From sequence record SRR22947725_1377: DNA of 32,225 bases. One strand, 5' to 3'. Both the position numbers and the translations under genes were made by a program. The notes under the pieces are model-generated. The model was not told the origin of the DNA and did not search any database. It was given only the letters and a program-made list of their open reading frames with translations. Of this stretch, positions 9,971 to 19,177 are shown one piece after another. Position 1 is the stretch's first letter. The number at the start of each line of letters is the position of its first letter.

Positions 9971-10945
9971 TTAAGAAATTAATTTTATGACATCTTTAGC
10001 AAAGTAACTAGCTATAAAACTAGCTCCAGCTCTTTTAAAAGCAATCGATGTCTCTAAAATTGTTTGATTTTCATCGATCCAACCATTTTTTGAAGCAGCT
10101 TTAATCATAGCATACTCACCACTTACTTGATAAGCAGAAATAGGGATATTAAAATTGTTTTTAATATCTCTAATAATATCAAGATACGAAATCCCAGGCT
10201 TAACCATAACTATATCTGCCCCCTCTTTTATATCCAGTCTAACTTCATTTATTGCTTCTTCTCGATTTCCTATATCCATTTGATAGGTTTTCTTATCGCC
10301 AAATCCAGGTTTAGAATCTAAAGCGTCCCTAAAAGGCCCATAAAATGATGAGGCATATTTGGCACTATAACTCATAATTCCTGCATTATGACATCCTTCT
10401 TTTTCTAACATTGTCCTAATCACTTTCACTCTTCCATCCATCATATCACTTGGGGCCACAAAATCTGCTCCAGCTTTAATATGAGAAAGACTCATTTTTG
10501 CTAGTATATCATTTGTAATATCATTAACAATTAACCCATTTTCAACCACACCGTCATGACCATATGACGAGTAAGGATCCAATGCAACATCTGACATTAC
10601 AAGAATATCTGGAAACTTGTCTTTTATGCTTCTTATAGCTCTTTGCATTAGGCCATTATTATTAATAGCTTCTGTACCATAGTTATCTTTAAGACTTTCT
10701 TCAACTTGAGCAAACAGTAAAACAGATTTTAATCCAAGTGAATGTAAAATTTTAATTTCTTTTAAAATCAGATCGATACTCATTTTAAAATAATTAGGCA
10801 TGGATTGAATTTCTCGTTTATTGTTTTTTCCTTCGATAACAAATAAAGGAACTAAAAAATCGTTAGGAGTGATAGTGCTCTCTCTAATTAGGTTTCTTAA
10901 AGTCTCACTTGTTCTAAGTCTTCTATTTCTATTTAATGGATACAT
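9971..10945 (-). CDS. hemB: Porphobilinogen synthase (ALA dehydratase)
   Basis: RNRRLR, DVALDPYSSYGHDG, APSDMMDGRV, YSAKYASSFYGPFRDA, VMVKPG, AYQVSGEYAMIK. Confidence 0.97.
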   Translation of the reverse strand: MYPLNRNRRLRTSETLRNLIRESTITPNDFLVPLFVIEGKNNKREIQSMPNYFKMSIDLILKEIKILHSLGLKSVLLFAQVEESLKDNYGTEAINNNGLMQRAIRSIKDKFPDILVMSDVALDPYSSYGHDGVVENGLIVNDITNDILAKMSLSHIKAGADFVAPSDMMDGRVKVIRTMLEKEGCHNAGIMSYSAKYASSFYGPFRDALDSKPGFGDKKTYQMDIGNREEAINEVRLDIKEGADIVMVKPGISYLDIIRDIKNNFNIPISAYQVSGEYAMIKAASKNGWIDENQTILETSIAFKRAGASFIASYFAKDVIKLIS

Positions 10946-10958
10946 ATTTTATTGTTTG

Positions 10959-11861
10959 TTAAACCCATTTGACAGGGTTTTTTAATATATCTAAAAGTTT
11001 AGATTCTTCACTATTTTTTTTAGGCAGAAAATTATATTTCCAGCTTACTTTTGGAGGTAAGCTCATCAAAATACTTTCGATTCTCCCGTTAGTTTTTAGC
11101 CCAAATAGAGTTCCTTTATCATGAACTAGGTTGAACTCTACATATCTTCCTCTTCTTATTTCTTGCCATTTTTTTTGGGACTTAGAATAGGTCAATAGTT
11201 TTTTACTGTTTATTATAGGACCATAACAATTAATAAAATTACTACTAATTTCTTCCACAAAACTAAACCAGTCTGACATACTTGTTGTTGGGGTTTGCTT
11301 ACAATAATCAAAAAACAAACCTCCAACCCCTCTAGCTTCATTTCGATGGGAATTGAAAAAATAATTATCGCAATTCTCTTTAAATTTAACATAAAAACTT
11401 GGGTTGTGTTTATCACAAATAGTTTTACATTGCTTGTGAAAATGTTCGATATCATTTTCAAATATATAATAAGGAGTTAAATCCTGACCTCCTCCAAACC
11501 AAGAGTCAGTAATGTTTCCATCATCATCGTACATTTCAAAATATCTCCAATTTGCGTGAACTGTAGGAACCATTGGATTTATAGGATGAATCACTAGGCT
11601 TAATCCACATGCAAAAAATTTTTTAGACTTTGTATTAAGTTGCTTTTGCATACTTTGTGGAAGCTCCCCAAATACCTTTGAAATATTTACTCCGCCTTTT
11701 TCAATGACTTTTCCATCTTCAATTATTTTAGTTATTCCACCGCCACCCCCGTCTCTTGTCCATTTGTCTTCAAAAAAATTAGCCTTTCCATCAATTTTTT
11801 CAAATTCATCACAGATGCTTTTTTGTAATTGTACGATATGGCTGTAGAATTTAGTCTTCAT
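10959..11861 (-). CDS. hemF: Oxygen-dependent coproporphyrinogen III oxidase
   Basis: EKGGVN, SLVIHPINPMVPTVHANWRYF, WFGGGQDLTP, RRGRYVEFNL, ESILMSLPP. Confidence 0.97.
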   Translation of the reverse strand: MKTKFYSHIVQLQKSICDEFEKIDGKANFFEDKWTRDGGGGGITKIIEDGKVIEKGGVNISKVFGELPQSMQKQLNTKSKKFFACGLSLVIHPINPMVPTVHANWRYFEMYDDDGNITDSWFGGGQDLTPYYIFENDIEHFHKQCKTICDKHNPSFYVKFKENCDNYFFNSHRNEARGVGGLFFDYCKQTPTTSMSDWFSFVEEISSNFINCYGPIINSKKLLTYSKSQKKWQEIRRGRYVEFNLVHDKGTLFGLKTNGRIESILMSLPPKVSWKYNFLPKKNSEESKLLDILKNPVKWV

Positions 11862-12886
11862 TATGCTTTATATTCTTTCACAGTATTTATGAACACCTCA
11901 ACATTTTCTAATGGGATATTTGGGAGTATGCCATGACCAAGATTAACAATGTATCTATCTTTTCCAAAATCATTTATCATGCTGTTGACTAAATCTTTAA
12001 TCTTTGATTTGCTAGAAAGTAGCCTAGAAGGATCTAAGTTGCCTTGTAATGTGATATTTCCACCGCTTAAATATCTTGCATTTCTTGCAGTGATTGTCCA
12101 ATCAACACCAAGAGCAGAGGCATTACTTTTACTCATTTCATTTAATGCAAACCAACACCCTTTACCAAATACAACAACTGGCGCAAAATCCTTTAGCTCT
12201 TCTATAATTTGGTTTATATATTGCCATGAAAACTCACTGTAATCAGTTGGTGAAAGGAGTCCTCCCCAAGAATCAAATATTTGTAAAACGTCAACCCCGG
12301 CATTAACCTTTTGTTTTAAATATGCAATTGTGGTTACTGTTATTTTACTTAACAGCTCATGAGCTAAAATCGGGTTTTTAAAGCAAAACTCTTTAGCTTT
12401 ATCAAAAGTTTTACTCCCTTGCCCTTGTACAATATAGCATAGTATTGTCCATGGCGATCCTGCGAATCCAATTAATGGAATATCATTATTTAAAATTTCT
12501 TTAGTCATTTTAATAGCATCAAAGACATAATCTAACGATTCATTTACATCAGGAACTATTACCTTCTCAAGGTCTTTTGCATTTCGAATAGGCTTAGGAA
12601 TAAACGGTCCGAAGTCTGGTTTCATTAGAACTTCAATATTCATTGCTTGTGGAATTACCAAAATATCACTAAACAATATAGCTGCGTCCATTCCATATCT
12701 TCTAATTGGTTGGACTGTAATTTCACTAGCTAATTCAGGTGTTTGACATCTAGTAAAAAAATCATATTTTTTTCTAATTTCTATAAATTCTGGCAAGTAC
12801 CTTCCTGCTTGACGCATCATCCACACAGGAGGTCTTTCGACTACCTCTCCTTTAAGAGCTCTAAGTAATAAGTCATTTTTTATCAT
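11861..12886 (-). CDS. hemE: Uroporphyrinogen decarboxylase
   Basis: [38 protein letters not shown]. Start moved to ATG 12886 ([11 protein letters not shown]). Confidence 0.97.
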   Translation of the reverse strand: MIKNDLLLRALKGEVVERPPVWMMRQAGRYLPEFIEIRKKYDFFTRCQTPELASEITVQPIRRYGMDAAILFSDILVIPQAMNIEVLMKPDFGPFIPKPIRNAKDLEKVIVPDVNESLDYVFDAIKMTKEILNNDIPLIGFAGSPWTILCYIVQGQGSKTFDKAKEFCFKNPILAHELLSKITVTTIAYLKQKVNAGVDVLQIFDSWGGLLSPTDYSEFSWQYINQIIEELKDFAPVVVFGKGCWFALNEMSKSNASALGVDWTITARNARYLSGGNITLQGNLDPSRLLSSKSKIKDLVNSMINDFGKDRYIVNLGHGILPNIPLENVEVFINTVKEYKA

Positions 12887-13529
12887 ATGTAAAATATTTG
12901 ATGGCATTATTAACAACCTGATCGATACTGTTAATGTCCGATGTTATAATTTTGTTAGAAAAAGTCTTAGCCTCATTTGTCGTTGTCTGTCCTATTGTAA
13001 ATAGCATTTCATTATCAATTTTATTGTAATAACAATAGCTCCTAACAGCGCTTGGGCTAAAAAATAAAATACCATTAAAAGCTTCATCTATTTTCTTATA
13101 AATTAGGCTTGTTTTATAGACTTCAATTACCGAAAATTTTATATGATTTTTAGTTAAAATTTTGGGTAATTCGTCTCTTTTAATATTTCCACAAAAAAAC
13201 ACAAAAACGCTATTTTTTACTGATTTTACTATAAAATCAGCCAATTTTTGAGCATTTTCTTCACTTTTTACTACTTTTTCGCCATTTTTTAAAAGTAATG
13301 ATTTTGTTTTTTCGCCAACACAATAACAATTTTTTATCTTTAATTTTTTATTAATAACAGCCTTTACAGAATTTTTACTTGTGAAAATTGCATTTTCAAT
13401 TCTCTGATTGACATTGAAGTCAATTTTTTCAATTTTTATAGCGTTATAATCACTGATTTTTATACTTGAATCTTTGATTTTTTTATGATTTTTTGGACTA
13501 AGTACTTTGGTAGATAATAATTTTGCCAT
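12873..13529 (-). CDS. hemD: Uroporphyrinogen-III synthase
   Basis: [32 protein letters not shown]; lies between hemC and hemE. Confidence 0.92.
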   Translation of the reverse strand: MAKLLSTKVLSPKNHKKIKDSSIKISDYNAIKIEKIDFNVNQRIENAIFTSKNSVKAVINKKLKIKNCYCVGEKTKSLLLKNGEKVVKSEENAQKLADFIVKSVKNSVFVFFCGNIKRDELPKILTKNHIKFSVIEVYKTSLIYKKIDEAFNGILFFSPSAVRSYCYYNKIDNEMLFTIGQTTTNEAKTFSNKIITSDINSIDQVVNNAIKYFTYDKK

Positions 13530-13532
13530 GCC

Positions 13533-14429
13533 CTATCCTTTTAAAGAATTTAATATTTTATCTCCACCAAGTGAAATAATCTTTTTTGCAAACCTCTCAC
13601 CCAATCCTTGAATATTTTCTAGTTTTTCAACCTCGTTTATTTCTATTTTCTCTTTTCCCTCAGCTGAGAGCAGAACACCTCTAAAAACAATGGACTTGTT
13701 AGCTATTTTCGCATATGCACCAATTGGTGCAGTACAACCTCCTTCTAATTTATTTAAAAAACTCCTTTCTATATTTGTACAAATTTCAGTTTCAACATGG
13801 TTTATTTGTTTTAACATTTTGGTAATTGAAGGGTTTATAGTTAAGTTTTGAACAGAAATAGCCCCTTGAGCTGGAGCAGGAATCATCCAGTTTAACTCTT
13901 GGTAATCTTCTGGCAATATTTCTAGTCTTTCTAATCCTGCTTTTGCCATTATAGTTCCGTTCCAATTATTTTCCTTTAGCTTCTTTAGCCTAGTTTGAAC
14001 ATTCCCTCTTATTTCAACAATGTTGTCTGTCTTAAATCTGTTAAGCCATTGAGCTTTTCGTCTTAAACTTCCCGTTGCTATTGTATTTTCTTTTGATTTT
14101 AAAGTGTTACTAGGGATAATAACATCCAATTCAGAACCTCTTTGAAGCACAGCTCCTTGTATCACCCCTAATGGCAATTTTGTCGGAACATCTTTAAGAC
14201 TATGAACAGCAATATCAATTTCATTATTTAATAATGCTAAATCTATTTCTTTAGTGAACACACCGGTAACACCTAACTCGTAAACAGGTTTTGATAAATC
14301 TTTATCTCCTCTTGATTTGATTTTGATTATTGAGGACGAAATATTTATTTTTTGTAATAAGGTCTGGACTTGTTTAGCTTGCCAAACAGCTAACTTACTA
14401 GCTCTTGTCCCAATTTTAATATTATCCAT
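13533..14429 (-). CDS. hemC: Hydroxymethylbilane synthase (porphobilinogen deaminase)
   Basis: IGTRASKLAVWQA, GVFTKE, AVHSLKDVP, RGNVQTRL, PAPAQGA, cofactor Cys in LEGGCTAPIG. Confidence 0.97.
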   Translation of the reverse strand: MDNIKIGTRASKLAVWQAKQVQTLLQKINISSSIIKIKSRGDKDLSKPVYELGVTGVFTKEIDLALLNNEIDIAVHSLKDVPTKLPLGVIQGAVLQRGSELDVIIPSNTLKSKENTIATGSLRRKAQWLNRFKTDNIVEIRGNVQTRLKKLKENNWNGTIMAKAGLERLEILPEDYQELNWMIPAPAQGAISVQNLTINPSITKMLKQINHVETEICTNIERSFLNKLEGGCTAPIGAYAKIANKSIVFRGVLLSAEGKEKIEINEVEKLENIQGLGERFAKKIISLGGDKILNSLKG

Positions 14430-15671
14430 TTAAAGTGTCTTTTCAAGGTTAAACACTTTTTTAATTAACTCTTCACTTTTGCTTGCTGTAATGTTTTCAT
14501 TGATCAAATGGTTTGCAAAATGATTGGTGATTTTTTGAATTATGTTATCACTAATTAGCTCTGCATGTTCAAAATCAAAGTCATTTTTTTTCTTCTTTAG
14601 ATTTTCTAATTCCGAGTTTTTAAAACTTGTTAATTTACTCTTTAGAGCTCTTATCGTTGGGGCAAACTTCCTGTTTTCTACCCATTCCTCAAACTCTTTC
14701 ATTACTGATTCTATTATTTTTGTTGCTTTTGGAACCTCTTTTTTTCTAGATTTTAATGTCTTATCTGTAATTTTAGAAAGATCGTCAAGGTGAATCAAAT
14801 TAACATTATCTAATTCAGCGACATCATTTGATACGTTTTTAGGAATTGATAAATCTAATATAAGAAGCGGCACTTTTGTTTTTATAAGATCTTTGTTAAC
14901 TGTAGTTTCTAATGCGCCAGTAGCAACCACTAGAACATCAGTTTTAGTAATTTCATTGCTTAAGTCAGAAATATCTTCAACTTTTAAATTGAATTTTCCA
15001 GCTATTTTTTCAGCCTTATCTTTTGTCCTATTGATAAGTGTTATTTTATTGTTTTTTGTTTGTTTAATTAGATTCTCACAAGTATTTCGACCTATTTTGC
15101 CTGTCCCAAACAATAATATATTTTTATTATTAACATCTTCAATATTATTACAGATGTACTGAACAGAAGCAAAAGAAACAGAAGTTGCTCCTGTTGACAA
15201 ACTAGTTTCAGTTTTAATCCTTTTACTTGCTCTAATAACTAATGAAATTAATCTATCTAAGTAAGTGTTTAATAGTCCTGCTTTTTTTGAGCTTGCCGCG
15301 CTGTGTTTCAATTGACCTATAATTTCAAAATCACCTAAAATCTGACTTTCTAATCCTGAACCAACTTTGAAAAGGTGATTTATAGCTTTATATTCACTCA
15401 AAGTGTACGCGTATTTTTTAAATTCTACTTTTGAAGAATTGGTTGCATCACATAATAGCTTTGTTAGTATTTCAGGGTCATTTACAAAACCAATAACCTC
15501 TGTCCTATTACAAGTCGAAATAGCCATGACACTTTCAAGACCTGCTTCTTTTGCTTTTGTTAATAAAGATAATTTGGATTTAGGATCTAAACTATATCTC
15601 CCACGGATTTCTGCGTCTGCATTTTTATAGCTAATTCCTACAATAAAAAAACTCGTTGCTTCAGTTTGCAT
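14430..15671 (-). CDS. hemA: Glutamyl-tRNA reductase
   Basis: Catalytic STCNRTE, SGLESQILGD, SVSFASV, GTGKIG, LDLSIPKNV. Start set to ATG 15671 because the track's TTG at 15692 falls inside a -7 promoter element. Confidence 0.95.
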   Translation of the reverse strand: MQTEATSFFIVGISYKNADAEIRGRYSLDPKSKLSLLTKAKEAGLESVMAISTCNRTEVIGFVNDPEILTKLLCDATNSSKVEFKKYAYTLSEYKAINHLFKVGSGLESQILGDFEIIGQLKHSAASSKKAGLLNTYLDRLISLVIRASKRIKTETSLSTGATSVSFASVQYICNNIEDVNNKNILLFGTGKIGRNTCENLIKQTKNNKITLINRTKDKAEKIAGKFNLKVEDISDLSNEITKTDVLVVATGALETTVNKDLIKTKVPLLILDLSIPKNVSNDVAELDNVNLIHLDDLSKITDKTLKSRKKEVPKATKIIESVMKEFEEWVENRKFAPTIRALKSKLTSFKNSELENLKKKKNDFDFEHAELISDNIIQKITNHFANHLINENITASKSEELIKKVFNLEKTL

Positions 15672-15689
15672 TAAGTATAAATCTTTTTG

Positions 15690-15721
15690 CAAAAATAAGT
15701 ATGCTTTTATTTAAAAAACAA
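15690..15721 (-). promoter_or_regulatory. Putative promoter of the hemACDEFB operon
   Basis: On the minus strand: TTG (15719-15721), a 21-nt spacer, then TATTTTTG (15690-15697). Confidence 0.65.
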
Positions 15722-15790
15722 CGCTAAAAGAACTTTTTATATCGTTACTAGTTTTTTCATAAATCAATTTTTTTATTTTATAATTTAACT

Positions 15791-15798
15791 TATTTTTG
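15791..15798 (+). promoter_or_regulatory. Putative -7 element for the araC-hemH operon
   Basis: TATTTTTG, 38 nt upstream of the ATG at 15837. Confidence 0.55.
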
Positions 15799-15836
15799 TT
15801 AAATATTACAGATATAAACGCTCTAATTAATTTATA

Positions 15837-16760
15837 ATGATTCTAAATAAAGAGAAAAAAAATCAACCAAAAAGTTTTTTAGAAAGTGTCGATATAAGTT
15901 CCTCATCTGAAATAGTGGTTGACAAAGAAATTTTTATAACTATTCATAGCAACAATACAAACCAGCTACAGAAATTTAATAAAGTAGTTAGTAAAGATTT
16001 TATACAATTTCATTTTTGTTTAAAAGGTATCTCAGAACTTGTATTTAATGAAGGGTCATACAAATTAAAACTAACAAAAGGAAAGTCACTTCTATTGTAT
16101 AACCCCCAGAGAACACTTCCGATTAATTTATCAAACCAAATAGGTTCTAACATAATAACAATTCTGATATCGATTAAAAAATTCCATTTGCTTTTTTCAG
16201 ATGAGGCAAGCTATATAACTTTTTTAAGCAAAGAAAATATTTTAAAAAAATACTATACTGAGGAAAACATATCACCATCTATGTCCATTGTTTTAACTCA
16301 GCTTTTAAATTTTAATTTAAATAACTCGGTTAAACCATTATATTTTAAGGCTAAGACTTTCGAACTCCTTAGCTTGTATTTTAATAAAAGTGATGAAACA
16401 AATTTAGATCAATGTCCTTTTCTAGTAAGTGAATCAAACGTCAACAAAATCAAATTAGCTAAGGATATAATTATTAATAGATTAGCAGAACCTCCTAGTT
16501 TAAATGATTTAGCTGATGAGATAGGACTTAGTTTAAAGAAACTAAAGGAGGGATTCAAGCAAATTTATGGAGATTCAGTATATAGTTTTCTAATTGATTA
16601 CAAAATGGAATTAGCTAGGAAATTACTAGAATCGGGAGATTATAATGTTAATGAGGTTGGCCTAAAAATCGGATATAGCACCTCAAGCCATTTTATCGCT
16701 GCATTTAAAAAAAAATATGGAGTTACTCCAAAAAAATATTTCATTTCACTATCATCATAA
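15837..16760 (+). CDS. AraC/XylS-family transcriptional regulator (PchR-like)
   Basis: C-terminal double HTH: PPSLNDLADEIGLSLKKLKEGFKQIYG...NVNEVGLKIGYSTSSHFIAAFKKKYGVTPKKY. Confidence 0.93.
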   Translation: MILNKEKKNQPKSFLESVDISSSSEIVVDKEIFITIHSNNTNQLQKFNKVVSKDFIQFHFCLKGISELVFNEGSYKLKLTKGKSLLLYNPQRTLPINLSNQIGSNIITILISIKKFHLLFSDEASYITFLSKENILKKYYTEENISPSMSIVLTQLLNFNLNNSVKPLYFKAKTFELLSLYFNKSDETNLDQCPFLVSESNVNKIKLAKDIIINRLAEPPSLNDLADEIGLSLKKLKEGFKQIYGDSVYSFLIDYKMELARKLLESGDYNVNEVGLKIGYSTSSHFIAAFKKKYGVTPKKYFISLSS

Positions 16761-16769
16761 TTATAACAA

Positions 16770-17795
16770 ATGAAAAAAGGTGTACTATTAGTAAACTTAG
16801 GCTCTCCTGATTCTCCAGAACCTAAAGATGTAAAAAAATATTTAGGAGAGTTCTTAATGGATGAAAGGGTTATTGATGTTCCAAAATGGGCTAGAACTAT
16901 TTTGGTTAAAGGAATAATATTAAACACAAGACCAAAAACTTCAGCAAAGGCTTACAAGAAAATTTGGTGGAAAGAAGGGTCTCCATTAATTGTTCTTTCT
17001 GAAAGACTGCAAAAAAAACTCCAAACAAAGTCAACTATACCAATAAGCTTAGCTATGAGGTATGGTAGCATGACAATTTTAAAAGGAATTCAAAAATTAG
17101 TTGATCAAGGAGTTGAAAAGATATTATTATTTCCGCTCTATCCTCAATTTGCAATGGCAACTACAGAAACAATAAGCGTGCTTGTTAAAGAAATTTGTAC
17201 TCAACATTTTTCAGATTTAATAATTGAAGAAATAAAGCCATTTTACAATAACCAAGACTATATAAATATTCTCTCAAAATCTATTAAAAGTAGTATTGAC
17301 CTTGACAAAATAGAGCATTTATTATTTTCTTACCATGGTATTCCTGAGCGCCATATAAGAAAAAGTGACATTACTAAATCACATTGTAAGGTTGATGGAA
17401 CTTGTTGTGATACTCCTTCAATAGCACATGAGTTTTGTTATAGCCATCAATGTAAAGAGGTAACAAAATTAGTAGCTAAAAAACTAAAATTAAAAAACTA
17501 CTCAACTTCATTTCAATCTAGGTTAGGTTTTGATCCATGGCTTCAACCTTACACAGACAGGACAATTGAAAGATTAGGTAAATCCGGGATTAAAAGTATG
17601 GCAATTGTTACGCCTGCATTTGTTAGCGATTGTTTAGAAACACTAGAAGAAATTGCGATGGAAGGCAAGGAAATATTTGAAGAAGTAGGAGGTCATGAAT
17701 TTACAACTATCCCATGTTTAAATGATAATAATGATTGGGTGAATTTAATTTCTAATTGGGTAGATAATTGGAAAGATAATGGGAAATGCTTCTAG
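16770..17795 (+). CDS. hemH: Ferrochelatase
   Basis: GVLLVNLGSP, YLGEFLMDERVID, SPLI, AMRYG, PLYPQF, LFSYHGIP, FQSRLG, DCLETLEEI. Confidence 0.97.
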   Translation: MKKGVLLVNLGSPDSPEPKDVKKYLGEFLMDERVIDVPKWARTILVKGIILNTRPKTSAKAYKKIWWKEGSPLIVLSERLQKKLQTKSTIPISLAMRYGSMTILKGIQKLVDQGVEKILLFPLYPQFAMATTETISVLVKEICTQHFSDLIIEEIKPFYNNQDYINILSKSIKSSIDLDKIEHLLFSYHGIPERHIRKSDITKSHCKVDGTCCDTPSIAHEFCYSHQCKEVTKLVAKKLKLKNYSTSFQSRLGFDPWLQPYTDRTIERLGKSGIKSMAIVTPAFVSDCLETLEEIAMEGKEIFEEVGGHEFTTIPCLNDNNDWVNLISNWVDNWKDNGKCF

Positions 17796-19136
17796 ATGAA
17801 CAAACCAAATTCATCTAATCTTGGAATAGAACCAATTTCAAAACTTTTATTTAAGCAAGCTCTTCCAGCGTCCATCGGCATATTAGTTATGTCATTAAAT
17901 ATTTTAATTGATACGATATTTGTTGGGCAATGGATTGGATCAATAGCCATAGCTGCTATTAATGTTGTTTTACCTGTTTCTTTTTTTATAGCTGCTTTGG
18001 GAATGGCTATAGGAATCGGTGGTTCTTCAATTATTTCAAGATCTTTAGGTTCAGATAATATTCAAAAAGCTAGATATACATTTGCCAATCAAATTACCCT
18101 TACAATACTAATCACTGTAAGTTTCGTTTTTCTAGGTCTGTACTTTATTGAATCGATTATTCCCTTATTTGGAGGAAAAGGCGGGATTTACGAGCCATCA
18201 AAAATATACTACACCATAGTTCTTTATGGTGTTCCTTTTTTAGCCTTATCTATGATGGGTAATAGTGTTATTCGAGCAGAAGGAAAACCAAAATTTGCAA
18301 TGTATGCTTTAATGATACCATCAATTGGAAATATAGTTTTAGATATAGTTTTTATTAAATATTTAAATATGGGAATGGCTGGAGCAGCTTGGGCAACCAC
18401 AGGATCCTATATACTTTGTTTTATCTTTATTTTTTGGTTTTTTTCCTCAGACAAATCAGAACTTAAAATTAAAATTCATCATTTATATTTAAAAAAGCTT
18501 ATTGTGAAAGAGATAACGTCATTAGGCTCTATAACTTTAGCTAGACAGGCTACAGTTAGTATTACATATTTGTTAATGAATAATATTTTATACAATTACG
18601 GAGGAGAAGTTTCAGTGACTGCTTATGCAATCGTTGGAAGAATGATGATGTTTTCATTATTTCCAGTTTATGGAATAACTCAAGGGTTTTTACCTATTGC
18701 CGGGTATAATTTTGGAGCAAAGAATTTTGAACGTGTTAAAGAGGTTATTTCTTTAGCAATCAAATATGCTTCTTTTTTTGCAACTCTTGTATTTTTAATT
18801 TTAATGATTTTTCCTGAGGAAATTACAAAAGTATTCACCTCAGATACTGATGTAATTAGAGAAACTCCTGCCGCAATGCGTTGGGTATTCTTAGCAACTC
18901 CAATTATTGCAATACAGCTAATAGGTGCTGCATATTTTCAAGGAATTGGAAAGGCAAAAATAGGATTAATTTTAGCTCTGCTTCGACAAGGGATTTTATT
19001 TGTTCCTTTAATTTTAATATTACCTTTATTTTATGGAGAAATGGGAGCATGGATGTCATTTCCAATTTCAGATTTACTTGCCACAATAATTACGGGTGTA
19101 GTTTTGACTAGAGAAGTAAAAAAAAGATTAGTATAA
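17796..19136 (+). CDS. MATE-family efflux transporter (MepA-like)
   Basis: About 12 hydrophobic segments; IDTIFVG, IRAEGKPK, NIVLD, MGMAGAAWAT, GYNFGAKNFERV. Confidence 0.92.
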   Translation: MNKPNSSNLGIEPISKLLFKQALPASIGILVMSLNILIDTIFVGQWIGSIAIAAINVVLPVSFFIAALGMAIGIGGSSIISRSLGSDNIQKARYTFANQITLTILITVSFVFLGLYFIESIIPLFGGKGGIYEPSKIYYTIVLYGVPFLALSMMGNSVIRAEGKPKFAMYALMIPSIGNIVLDIVFIKYLNMGMAGAAWATTGSYILCFIFIFWFFSSDKSELKIKIHHLYLKKLIVKEITSLGSITLARQATVSITYLLMNNILYNYGGEVSVTAYAIVGRMMMFSLFPVYGITQGFLPIAGYNFGAKNFERVKEVISLAIKYASFFATLVFLILMIFPEEITKVFTSDTDVIRETPAAMRWVFLATPIIAIQLIGAAYFQGIGKAKIGLILALLRQGILFVPLILILPLFYGEMGAWMSFPISDLLATIITGVVLTREVKKRLV

Positions 19137-19177
19137 TAAATAATTCTTATTTTTAGAACTAATAAAATCGACTCAAC

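Noticed and set aside
15672-15692. TTG start for hemA at 15692 (likewise upstream starts for hemE at 12916 and SCO at 29892)
   Set aside because: These overlap -7 promoter elements or the upstream gene; downstream ATGs fit the family N-termini better.
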